From positions 18,360 to 82,359 of IMG/VR virus record IMGVR_UViG_3300031992_000067: DNA of 64,000 nucleotides, one strand, 5' to 3'. This document shows positions 35,515-44,393 of the stretch, piece after piece. Made by a program: the position numbers and the translations under genes. The notes below the pieces were generated by a model. The model searched no databases. It was not told where the DNA came from and was given only the letters and a program-made list of their open reading frames with translations. The stretch is from a virus. Lineage: Duplodnaviria > Caudoviricetes. Each line of letters opens with the position of its first letter. The stretch's first letter is position 1.

Positions 35515-35865
35515 ATGGCAGGAAAAAAGGTACCGAAATCAATGACGCTGCAGGAAATGCGCGACGATGCCGAGATGCGACTCAAGCAGGGAATGGACCC
35601 CGATGCCGAAGTCGTAATTCTCGGTAATGGGCACACGGCCCGTATTATCGCTACAACGCCTATTCGCGGCAAGTTGCATCTGCATCGTTCAAACGAGCGT
35701 AATTGCGACAGGTTCGCCAAGGGTATGGATGCTGTAAGGGCATTCGCCGACGAAATTGGAGAAACGCTTAACGGACCTGAAGATGTGTTTGCAAACTTCA
35801 GGAATTTTGTGGACTGGCTTTACAAGAAGCCGTCAAAACGCAGAGCTAAGAAGGGAGCGAAGTGA
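35515..35865 (+). CDS. Hypothetical protein
   Basis: AAGGAG RBS. Confidence 0.6.
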   Translation: MAGKKVPKSMTLQEMRDDAEMRLKQGMDPDAEVVILGNGHTARIIATTPIRGKLHLHRSNERNCDRFAKGMDAVRAFADEIGETLNGPEDVFANFRNFVDWLYKKPSKRRAKKGAK

Positions 35866-36989
35866 TGGCAAGAAAACTGGCAAGTGTTGTTGAGATTGAA
35901 TCGGTAGAGCCGATTCCCGAGACGGAGCGGCTCTCCGTGGCTACCATGCATGGCAAGGGCTGGAAGGTCGTCGTGGGACGAAACGACTTCCGGCCTGGTG
36001 AAAAAGCGGTCTACTTCGAGATCGACTCGTACCTTCCGGACGAGGAGCGCTACGCATTCCTTCGCGAGCGCTGCATGCGGAAGTTCTGCACCAAGGGCGG
36101 AGAAGTCCTGAAGCAGGGTCTCCGCATCAAGACCATCAAGCTCCGGGGCGTAATCTCCCAGGGGCTCCTGATGCCGGCCACCAAAGAGCTGTTTCCGGAA
36201 TGCTACGACGAGCGCGGGTTCAGATGCGTCTTCGACGCTGACCTCACGGAAACCCTGAAGGTAGAGCACTTCGACGAGGTGAAGGCCGCGCTGGTCCCGG
36301 CGATGGGCAATCCGATATCGGCAGAATCCGCCGGTTCGTTCCCGTCGTACGTCCCCAAGACCGACGAGGAGCGAATCCAAAATCTGGTCGAATACTTCAC
36401 CACGATGAAGAACCGCACGTTCGAAGTCACGGTTAAGGCCGACGGTAGCAGCGTCACGATGCTGTACGCGCCGAACGAAGATCCGGAGGCGCCGTTCAAG
36501 GTCTGCTCGCGCAACCTCAACCTGAAGCCGGAGAAGGCGGACGGAACCAAGCCGCTGCCATGGCAGATGGCCTTCAAGTACGACGTGGAGAACAAGCTCC
36601 GCAAGTACTGGGAGGACCACGGGGTTGAGCTGGCCGTGCAGGGCGAGCTCATCGGCCCGGGCATCCAGAGCAACCGCGACATGCTCACCGAGCATGAGTG
36701 GCGGGTGTTCAAGATCTATGACATCACCAACCAGAGGTACCTTCTTCCTGGCATCGCGAAAAAGGTCTGCGACGACCTTGGGCTGAAATACGTCACCATC
36801 GTCGCCGAGTCGATGCCGGTCTTCCAGAAGTTCAGGAACGTCGACGAGCTACTGCTGTTCGCCGAGGGCAAGACCGACCGCGGCAACGAGCGCGAAGGGC
36901 TGGTGTTCAAGACCACGGACGAACCCTACCGCACGTTCAAGGCGGTCAGCAACCGCTACCTGCTCAAGCAGGCGGCAAAGGAGGACTAG
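35865..36989 (+). CDS. ATP-dependent RNA ligase (Rnl2 / DRB0094-type)
   Basis: N-terminal RKLASV..I, YFEIDS, SQGLL; motif I KADGSS, GELIGPGIQ, EGLVFK, FKAVSNRYLL. Confidence 0.88.
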   Translation: MARKLASVVEIESVEPIPETERLSVATMHGKGWKVVVGRNDFRPGEKAVYFEIDSYLPDEERYAFLRERCMRKFCTKGGEVLKQGLRIKTIKLRGVISQGLLMPATKELFPECYDERGFRCVFDADLTETLKVEHFDEVKAALVPAMGNPISAESAGSFPSYVPKTDEERIQNLVEYFTTMKNRTFEVTVKADGSSVTMLYAPNEDPEAPFKVCSRNLNLKPEKADGTKPLPWQMAFKYDVENKLRKYWEDHGVELAVQGELIGPGIQSNRDMLTEHEWRVFKIYDITNQRYLLPGIAKKVCDDLGLKYVTIVAESMPVFQKFRNVDELLLFAEGKTDRGNEREGLVFKTTDEPYRTFKAVSNRYLLKQAAKED

Positions 36990-36990
36990 C

Positions 36991-37572
36991 ATGAAGCTGC
37001 ACGAACTCATGGCAGAATTTGCTAGAATATGCTCCGACAAACCTGGCGGCATAACCGATGACACAGATGTCAGGGCGTATAACGGAAAAACCGATGGCGT
37101 CGAGCGGGAGGTGCTTCACGCCAGGCCCAGGCGGTTTGGTGACTGCGTGCTGCTTGAAATCGGGGACGAACACGATGACCTCGATGGAGACATGAGGGAA
37201 CTTGCCGCCGATAAGGCGGACAAGGAGACCAAGGAGTCGAACGAGAAGGAGAATGTGAAGGTCACCAAGTACAGGCTGACCTGCTACGAGGACTCGGAAC
37301 CGTATGAGCCCGGAACGCGCACGCTAGCCGAGTTCGAGGACGACACAGGCGGAATACTGTGCAGGACCGCCATGTCCAAGGCCGTGGACTATATCCACGA
37401 CCTCCTGGCGGCCGTCACCGACTCCAGGTTCGACCTGACGCACGAACTGCGCAAGATCGCGGATGACATCACTGTTCCAACCGGCCTCCGGCAGTTGTCT
37501 GTGTACGACCTTCCGCTGTCGGTCGTGAACTTGCTGATTTCCAAGTACGGCCTTGAGCTGGAGGTAGCCTGA
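36991..37572 (+). CDS. Hypothetical protein
   Basis: GGAGG RBS. Confidence 0.6.
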   Translation: MKLHELMAEFARICSDKPGGITDDTDVRAYNGKTDGVEREVLHARPRRFGDCVLLEIGDEHDDLDGDMRELAADKADKETKESNEKENVKVTKYRLTCYEDSEPYEPGTRTLAEFEDDTGGILCRTAMSKAVDYIHDLLAAVTDSRFDLTHELRKIADDITVPTGLRQLSVYDLPLSVVNLLISKYGLELEVA

Positions 37573-37889
37573 TGCCGCTGCTGAAGCTGCATGACGAGAA
37601 AGGCAGCCCTGTGTACGTCAACCCTGACTACGTGACGTTCGTCAGCAAGTCACCCACCTCCCGCGGGACGGTGGTGGGGCTTGTCGGCGACGACCTCGGG
37701 TGCGACGTGGCCGAGACTGCCGACCAGGTGGCCCGGATGCTCTGCTCGGGTCAGGACACGACCGAGAACAAACCGGAGCCGCCACCGCTGCAGCAGAGGC
37801 AGCGGCGGAGGTTCCCGACTTTCAAGAGGGAGATAGACAATGCCGGGAAAGAAGAAACGAAACCAGGGAATCAAGACCACGACCATTGA
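37572..37889 (+). CDS. Hypothetical protein
   Basis: TGATG overlap. Confidence 0.55.
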   Translation: MPLLKLHDEKGSPVYVNPDYVTFVSKSPTSRGTVVGLVGDDLGCDVAETADQVARMLCSGQDTTENKPEPPPLQQRQRRRFPTFKREIDNAGKEETKPGNQDHDH

Positions 37890-38121
37890 GCGCGTCCCGC
37901 AATGGGCGGCCTACTACCTTGAGTACGGAGAGTCCGAGGGGCTCTCCGACAAGGAGAAGAAGATGGTCGACGACTGGGTCGAGGGGCTGCGCAAGGAGGG
38001 TTACCGCCTGCTCGGCCCAGTCGACGGCACCGAGAACGAGTTCGACTCGTGGCCGGCCTTCGGGCTTCCGTGCGCCGTCCAGGACTGGACCGCGGAGGTC
38101 GTTGGCAAGGAGGAGTTCTGA
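37840..38121 (+). CDS. Hypothetical protein
   Basis: GGGAG RBS. Confidence 0.6.
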   Translation: MPGKKKRNQGIKTTTIERVPQWAAYYLEYGESEGLSDKEKKMVDDWVEGLRKEGYRLLGPVDGTENEFDSWPAFGLPCAVQDWTAEVVGKEEF

Positions 38122-38462
38122 TGGAGCTCAAGTGGACCAAGGTGGAGGACGGGCTTCCGTCCTCCACGGGGTGGTACCTGACGTATTCCCCGGACTACTG
38201 GCGTGCCAACGCCTTCACAAACCGCGAGAAGTGCGATGGCCTCGTATTCGCCAAGTTCGCGGTGTCCAAGAACGGAAACAAGTGCTGGAGCATTGAGGGA
38301 CCCGAAGGTTGCATTAACCACGGCGTCGTCAAGGCCTGGATGCCGCTTCCGCTGCCCGAGTGGGCGAATCCGTGGACGGACGTGCCGTTCGACGCCACAC
38401 CCGGCTATCCAAGCGCGAAGTTGGAAGATGAACTCAAGAGGAAAGGCATGGAGGAGCCATGA
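38121..38462 (+). CDS. DUF551-like phage protein
   Basis: WTKVEDGLP...VKAWMPLPLP. Confidence 0.6.
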   Translation: MELKWTKVEDGLPSSTGWYLTYSPDYWRANAFTNREKCDGLVFAKFAVSKNGNKCWSIEGPEGCINHGVVKAWMPLPLPEWANPWTDVPFDATPGYPSAKLEDELKRKGMEEP

Positions 38463-39091
38463 TAAGGAACGCAACTGTATTCGAGTACGACCCTGGATGG
38501 ATGGAACACATGTCCATCGGGAACTTGTCAGATTTCTACAGGTTCGTCAACATACTGCGGGAAGTTGCGCGGCTGTCCGGGGCTCGCGTCAAACTCAACG
38601 TGGTTGAGCCTGGGTCGGAGTGCTATACGTACTCTCTGGTGTTCGTGAACTGGACTGAGAAGTCTATGGGAGACCTGGAAGCGTGGATTCGCGTACACCC
38701 GCATGACGACATATTCCTGAAAAAACGTTTCGACATGCCCACAATCATGTCAGAGCTCAGAAACCTAATTTCAGGAAAAGACAGGTTCGGATATGACATG
38801 CCGCCACGCTTTCCAGAGGCTGCCTGCAGGGATGACGAACCTCAGAAAACGCTGCGCATATTAAGACCAGTTAAAAGGGAGACCATGTGCACGGCGGACG
38901 GTGTGTTCGCAGGCATGTCGTTGGACGAACTTGTGAAGATAATTGCAAACATCTACGCCGATTCTGAAGCAGGCTGCCCAATGCCACTGACTGACAGGGA
39001 AACCGGGTACCTGGCCGTAAGGGAGGCGATCAGACGTCTGAAGGCGCTTGACGCCACACCTGAGAAATGCCGGCCTGAATGGCTGGGCTGA
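38459..39091 (+). CDS. Hypothetical protein
   Basis: ATGA overlap. Confidence 0.6.
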   Translation: MIRNATVFEYDPGWMEHMSIGNLSDFYRFVNILREVARLSGARVKLNVVEPGSECYTYSLVFVNWTEKSMGDLEAWIRVHPHDDIFLKKRFDMPTIMSELRNLISGKDRFGYDMPPRFPEAACRDDEPQKTLRILRPVKRETMCTADGVFAGMSLDELVKIIANIYADSEAGCPMPLTDRETGYLAVREAIRRLKALDATPEKCRPEWLG

Positions 39092-39134
39092 ACAAGGAGA
39101 ATGAACTGTGAGGCACAGACAAAGATACGAGAGA

Positions 39135-39578
39135 ATGAACGCACGAAAGGTGCGTGACGCCGTCAAATGGCTCATCGACACACAGGAGGGGTGCGTCCAC
39201 TACCAGGTTGGCGCGACCAGCCTCATGGACGTCTTCGTGGCCATTGGCTGGCGCGAATGCGATGATGCGCAGCCGGCGCTTGACGGAAGATTCGAGCACA
39301 AGCCGGTATGGCGCGTGTGCTGGAAAATCGGTGTCCAGACCGCCGGTTACTATCACATGCAAACCGACTTGGATGTAGACTTTGACTACCCGTGGGGCGG
39401 AGAGTATGACGACTGCTACGTGGTCGACGGCGAGATCTGCGACCAGAACGGCCCTGTACCCACTTGGAAGGCCTGCCAGCGCATCTCAAAGTACATCAAC
39501 GGGGAGATCATGGGCGTCATCAAGTTCCAGAAGGAGATGGAGCGCAATAACGAGGGCTCCGGAAAGGCGAAGGAATGA
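39135..39578 (+). CDS. Hypothetical protein
   Basis: Start uncertain (39108 or 39135). Confidence 0.55.
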   Translation: MNARKVRDAVKWLIDTQEGCVHYQVGATSLMDVFVAIGWRECDDAQPALDGRFEHKPVWRVCWKIGVQTAGYYHMQTDLDVDFDYPWGGEYDDCYVVDGEICDQNGPVPTWKACQRISKYINGEIMGVIKFQKEMERNNEGSGKAKE

Positions 39579-39579
39579 C

Positions 39580-39933
39580 ATGGAAGCTGTAAAATGGGTG
39601 CTCGGGTACCTCGGCATAGGCCTGGCGGTGGCCACGGCATTCGGATGCTGGTGCAAGCTGGGTAGCTGGCATGACCATCTGATGGATTGCGATCTCGAAG
39701 GCCTGTGGATGACGTTCCTGCTCTGGCCGCTGGTGGTGCTGGCGTTTCCGATATTTGTCATCATTACGGTCTTCGAGGAACTTGAGAAATCGCAATGGTG
39801 GCAGAAGCTACCGGACAGCAAGGACCTGTACCCGGTGGAATGGCTGTTCTGCTGGCCGGTCAAACTGTATGAACTCTGGAGGAAGAGACATGACGGACGA
39901 AAAGAAGACGGAGATGGAGACAGCGGCAAGTGA
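39580..39933 (+). CDS. Membrane protein
   Basis: Two hydrophobic segments. Confidence 0.6.
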   Translation: MEAVKWVLGYLGIGLAVATAFGCWCKLGSWHDHLMDCDLEGLWMTFLLWPLVVLAFPIFVIITVFEELEKSQWWQKLPDSKDLYPVEWLFCWPVKLYELWRKRHDGRKEDGDGDSGK

Positions 39934-40240
39934 CGTCTCAAAAGAGACCAGCAAACTGACAGACAAGGCACTCGACGACACGGCTCTGGACAAGCTGTTG
40001 GGCGTCATAAAGGACGCAATGGTCGAGATGAAGGACTCCATCACCGGCCTTGTCCTGGCCGGGATGGACGAGGAGGCCATCGGAAAGTCGGTAAACACGA
40101 TAATGCACATCTCGATGGAGCTGGCCAAGAAGGCCTTCGCCATCGGCGTGCAGTCCGGCGGCGACGCCATGAACCAGTCGTGGATGGCGTCCCTGGAGAC
40201 AGTCCAGAAGAACTTCCTGAAACGAACCGGGGGCATGTAA
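39890..40240 (+). CDS. Hypothetical helical protein
   Basis: GGAGG RBS. Confidence 0.6.
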   Translation: MTDEKKTEMETAASDVSKETSKLTDKALDDTALDKLLGVIKDAMVEMKDSITGLVLAGMDEEAIGKSVNTIMHISMELAKKAFAIGVQSGGDAMNQSWMASLETVQKNFLKRTGGM

Positions 40241-40522
40241 ATGGACTACAGGAACAACGGCAACGGCAGCTGGACATGGTTCTGCGAGGATTGCGGCAAG
40301 GAGGAGATCGTCTTCAACGGAAACAGTCCGAAAAAGATAAAGTCATTCTCTGGGTGGTGCGAGAGCATACTTCCAAAACTGAATCTCGACTGGTATATCA
40401 GACCGAGAGTATGGGAGTGGATGCTCCACTGGGGCGGCATGGGGCTGTGCAAGCGGTGCGCTACGAGAAAGATCGATTACTGCACCAACCATCCGTCCCC
40501 TGAGGAAAGGGAACTGGCATGA
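40241..40522 (+). CDS. Small zinc-binding protein
   Basis: CEDC...CKRC. Confidence 0.55.
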   Translation: MDYRNNGNGSWTWFCEDCGKEEIVFNGNSPKKIKSFSGWCESILPKLNLDWYIRPRVWEWMLHWGGMGLCKRCATRKIDYCTNHPSPEERELA

Positions 40523-40752
40523 CTGTACGCGAGATGAAAGAACGGCTTGACGCCATGGTCAGAGATTGCCCATGGCTTCTAGACGCCAACGTGTGCACCT
40601 GGAACGACGAGTTCCAGAGATGGGATAACACCGATACCGTGGAGGACCTGAATGTCATACGGTACAAACCTGAGGGTGGACGTTTTCTTGGAGTAGGTAT
40701 CAGGCCATACGACTGGGAGGATGAATACGAGGTCATTTGGCCTGAGAATTGA
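40519..40752 (+). CDS. Hypothetical protein
   Basis: ATGA overlap. Confidence 0.6.
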   Translation: MTVREMKERLDAMVRDCPWLLDANVCTWNDEFQRWDNTDTVEDLNVIRYKPEGGRFLGVGIRPYDWEDEYEVIWPEN

Positions 40753-40763
40753 AGGAGACCGAA

Positions 40764-41054
40764 ATGAAGGTTAGGTGCACTCATATAGACTGGGACATCT
40801 CTGACGAGGACCTGTTCGATAACTTCGGCAGCACCGTTGACAAGAACGGGTTGCCATACACCGCCAAGGCCCTTGGTCTGCCGGCATACGATGCGATTGT
40901 AGAGGTTGAAGTCGATGACGATGACTGGAACGACGCCGTGGAAAACTTCGAAGAATCGTCGCTTATCGCAGACGCATTGTCAGACGAGTATGGCTGGCTT
41001 GTGAACTCACTCCTGGTATTGGAGGATGACGCTGGAGACCCTGGCGACCTATGA
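40764..41054 (+). CDS. Hypothetical acidic protein
   Basis: AAGGAG RBS. Confidence 0.6.
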   Translation: MKVRCTHIDWDISDEDLFDNFGSTVDKNGLPYTAKALGLPAYDAIVEVEVDDDDWNDAVENFEESSLIADALSDEYGWLVNSLLVLEDDAGDPGDL

Positions 41055-41293
41055 CGGAGTATGCCATCAAGATAGGCGGAAGCATATGGGATGGCGGGTA
41101 CGTCGGTGAAAAATGTCGTTTCGACACCTACGAAGAGGCCCAGGCCGCAGCGGACGAAATGCGTAGACAATCCGAGTTATTTCGTACGGAATTCAACATG
41201 TTAAAGCTTCCAAAGCTTCCAAAATGCACGTATACCGTGGTTGAACGAGAAGTGACGCCATGGAGAAAAGCCAAGAAGGAGAAGAAGTTATGA
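41051..41293 (+). CDS. Hypothetical protein (tandem paralog of next gene)
   Basis: YAIK.G...REVTPW. Confidence 0.6.
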   Translation: MTEYAIKIGGSIWDGGYVGEKCRFDTYEEAQAAADEMRRQSELFRTEFNMLKLPKLPKCTYTVVEREVTPWRKAKKEKKL

Positions 41294-41499
41294 GGCAGTA
41301 TGCAGTAAAGTCAGGACGGACAGTCCTGGACAACAACGTGTGCAAAACCAGGAAGAAGGCCGAGGAATACCTGGCCGATCTGGAAGCTGCGGACAGGGCC
41401 TACGACAGGCCAAACACGACTAGGCGCGTCATAGTATGGCGCGAGGTGACGCCGTGGATTGAGTCCAAGGAGGACAACAATGATTCTAAGAAGCATTAG
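41290..41499 (+). CDS. Hypothetical protein (tandem paralog of previous gene)
   Basis: YAVK.G...REVTPW. Confidence 0.6.
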   Translation: MRQYAVKSGRTVLDNNVCKTRKKAEEYLADLEAADRAYDRPNTTRRVIVWREVTPWIESKEDNNDSKKH

Positions 41500-43606
41500 C
41501 CTGCGCAACTACAGGCAGCATCGTGAACTGGACATTGACTTCACCGGACACATGATCGCGGTCATAGGCCGTAATGGGTCCGGCAAGTCTAACTTCCTTG
41601 GAGCCATTCAGTTCGCGCTCACCGGAGAGCAGCCGGGGTTCAACAAGGAAGACCTTCTGAACTGGGAGGCAGCCAAGTCCAATGAAGGCGGGTACGTCGA
41701 CTTGTCATTCGAGCACAACGGCGTGGAATGCAGGATCCAGCGCCGAATCGAGAAGCCGGCCGTCACTCTGACCGTCGACGGGGAGAAGTTCACCGGTACG
41801 AAGAAGGTTCAAGAGCATCTGGAGCTGATGGGAATAGACAAGGACGTACTAAGACAGTCCGTGTTCGTCCGGCAGACCGAGGTTGAGTCTGTCCTGTTCG
41901 ACGACCCGCGTGAGCGCGAGCTGGCCTTCCAGAAGCTGGTAGGGCTTGGCGACGCGGCCAAGCACCAGAAGTTCCTGACGGACTTCCTGGCCGCGCTTGC
42001 GGAGCCGAAGAACCTCAACGACGAGATCGAGCGCCAGAAGGACACCATCGAGTCCCAGAAGGCGTCGCTCAAGGAACTTGAGAACCGGTCGCGTGAGATG
42101 GATGACACAATGGCCAAGGCCGGCGACGAGTCTTCCATCATGTCGAAGATGTCCACGCTGGATTCCCGCATCTCGCTCATCGAGAGCGCCATATCGAAGC
42201 ACGAGGCGCATGACGCGGCCGTAGAAGGGCTTGCCCAGACCATGCTGTCCCAAAATGGAGTCAACATGGCCGAGACGGATCTTCAATGGTTCGACGACCA
42301 GATAGACGCCGTCAAGGACGCAATCGTTAAAAACGATGCGGTTATCGAACGGAACAAACAGCGTTCTGACGCCGTATCCCGTCTTGAATCCGCAAAATCC
42401 TCGCTGGGACAAATCCCTAGCAACATCGGGGAAGTCGCCGACATGGTGAACTCGGCCAAGTCCGACCTTGCGGAAACCCGTGGTCGAAAGGCCCAGCTGG
42501 AAAAGCTACTGGCGGACGCGCCTGACGGCAACGTGTGCCCGCTGTGCGGATCTACAACGGATCACAATATCAAGGCGGAGATTCAATCCGAGCTTGACAA
42601 GGTAAAGCAAACCGAATCAGACCTGGCGTCAGTGGTGAAAGACCACGGCTACGCCCCGGCGCTCCTGCTTGAAAAAGGCCGTAGGGAGGACGAGGTAAGG
42701 CGTCTTGAGGAATATGTCGACGGGCTTGGACCAAACGAGGGGTATCAAGACCGGGAAGTCATGGCCAGCAAGGAACGGGAACTTCGAGAAGAGCGTGCTA
42801 AAGCCGCAACTGGAAACGAGCGCATCCGCGCCGCAAACACCAGGCTGGCGGCCGCGAAGATAGCGGTTGACCGAGCCAAGGAGGAGATGGACAAGGCCAT
42901 GGCCAAGATTCCTGGAAACCACACGGTGGACGAACTGGGAACGGCCCTGCAGGCCATCCGAGGCCAGCGCGAGACCTTGTTTGCAAGTCTGGGCGCCCTG
43001 TCACAGCTTAAGGCCCAGAAGGCCGAGCTCGATGGTGGCATCTCCCAGCTGAGGAAATTCATCACCGACGCCGAGAACGGGCTTGCCGAGCTGGAGCGCC
43101 TGAACGCCGAGAACCAGGTCAAGACAAAGAAGATCCAAGTTATCCGTGACGTCAAGGACTGGTTCAGCTACAAGAACGGGCCGAGGGTGATGTCACAGGC
43201 TGTAATGGGTATGCTGGTGGATGAAACCAACAAGTTCCTGAACCAGTTCGGTTCTCCGTTCGTGGTGACGCCAATGGAGGAGGGGATGGGGTTCCGGTGC
43301 GTCTTCACCGACGGTCGTGTAACCTCCGAACCCCCGCCTGAGGCAACCATGCTCTCAGGAGGCCAGAAGATCGCGCTTGCGGTAGCGTTCAGGTTCGCGG
43401 TATACATGATGTTCGCTGGCAAGCTTGGGCTGCTCAGCCTAGACGAACCGACTGCGTATCTTGACGACGAGACGATCTCCAGGTTCGCGGACCTTCTCGG
43501 AAAGATACGTGATCTCGCCGCAAACATGGGCGTCCAGTGCCTTGTGTCAACTCACGAGTCGTCGCTATCTACGGCGTTCGACCAGACCATCTCGATCGGG
43601 AGGTAG
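41480..43606 (+). CDS. sbcC: SbcC/Rad50/gp46-like SMC ATPase
   Basis: Walker A GRNGSGKS, Q-loop RQ, coiled coil with CPLCG zinc hook, signature LSGGQ, Walker B LDEPT, H-loop STH. Confidence 0.92.
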   Translation: MILRSISLRNYRQHRELDIDFTGHMIAVIGRNGSGKSNFLGAIQFALTGEQPGFNKEDLLNWEAAKSNEGGYVDLSFEHNGVECRIQRRIEKPAVTLTVDGEKFTGTKKVQEHLELMGIDKDVLRQSVFVRQTEVESVLFDDPRERELAFQKLVGLGDAAKHQKFLTDFLAALAEPKNLNDEIERQKDTIESQKASLKELENRSREMDDTMAKAGDESSIMSKMSTLDSRISLIESAISKHEAHDAAVEGLAQTMLSQNGVNMAETDLQWFDDQIDAVKDAIVKNDAVIERNKQRSDAVSRLESAKSSLGQIPSNIGEVADMVNSAKSDLAETRGRKAQLEKLLADAPDGNVCPLCGSTTDHNIKAEIQSELDKVKQTESDLASVVKDHGYAPALLLEKGRREDEVRRLEEYVDGLGPNEGYQDREVMASKERELREERAKAATGNERIRAANTRLAAAKIAVDRAKEEMDKAMAKIPGNHTVDELGTALQAIRGQRETLFASLGALSQLKAQKAELDGGISQLRKFITDAENGLAELERLNAENQVKTKKIQVIRDVKDWFSYKNGPRVMSQAVMGMLVDETNKFLNQFGSPFVVTPMEEGMGFRCVFTDGRVTSEPPPEATMLSGGQKIALAVAFRFAVYMMFAGKLGLLSLDEPTAYLDDETISRFADLLGKIRDLAANMGVQCLVSTHESSLSTAFDQTISIGR

Positions 43607-43711
43607 GGTCTGTATTCGCCGATCCCGCATCACGTGCTGGAGCACGACCCGATGCGGGACGCCAAGTAACAACAGGCTGTCCTACCGGCCATACGGGGAA
43701 AGGAGAAAAAC

Positions 43712-44275
43712 ATGGGACAATACTACAAGGTCCTTGCGGAAGACAAGGACGGAAAACGCACGGCCTATGACCGGAGCGTGGACGGGAACTACACTATGGC
43801 CAAGCTCATGGAGCACTCGTGGTGGAACAACAGTTTCTGCCGTGCTCTTTCGGAAACGCTGGTCGACAACCCAAGGAGGATCGCCTGGGTCGGGGATTAC
43901 GCGGAGGAAGACGAGTGCAAGGCGCTCGGGTTTGAATACTGGGAGGTGTGGGGCAGCGAGGACCAGGACCCCGCAGTCGGCATCAGCTCGACCGACTTCA
44001 CGCTCGACCGGGTCAAGTATCTGGTCAACGTCACCAAGAAGCTGTACGTAGACCTGGCCAAATACAAGGAGTCAAGCATGGATGAGAACGGCCGGACCAT
44101 ACACCCCATTCCCGTGCTTACGTGCATCGGGAACGGACGCGGTGGCGGGGACTACCATCCTGCGGACGGCGTTTCCGGCGAATGGATCGGGGCATGGGCG
44201 TTCGACGCGATCATGCTCACGAACGACAAGCCAGAGGGCTGTGCCGAAGTCTGCCCGGTTTTCCGGGAAAACTAG
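43712..44275 (+). CDS. Hypothetical protein
   Basis: AAAGGAG RBS; MGQYYK...KLMEHSW...GNGRGGGDY. Confidence 0.7.
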   Translation: MGQYYKVLAEDKDGKRTAYDRSVDGNYTMAKLMEHSWWNNSFCRALSETLVDNPRRIAWVGDYAEEDECKALGFEYWEVWGSEDQDPAVGISSTDFTLDRVKYLVNVTKKLYVDLAKYKESSMDENGRTIHPIPVLTCIGNGRGGGDYHPADGVSGEWIGAWAFDAIMLTNDKPEGCAEVCPVFREN

Positions 44276-44393
44276 AACCAACAATAAGTGGTTTCGTGTT
44301 ACCCCTCTGCCACCGTCTCGGGGAATGCCGGCCAGTGAGATGGCGCCGTACATGCGGGGAGCGACCCGCACAACCATTTTCAGGAGGACAACT

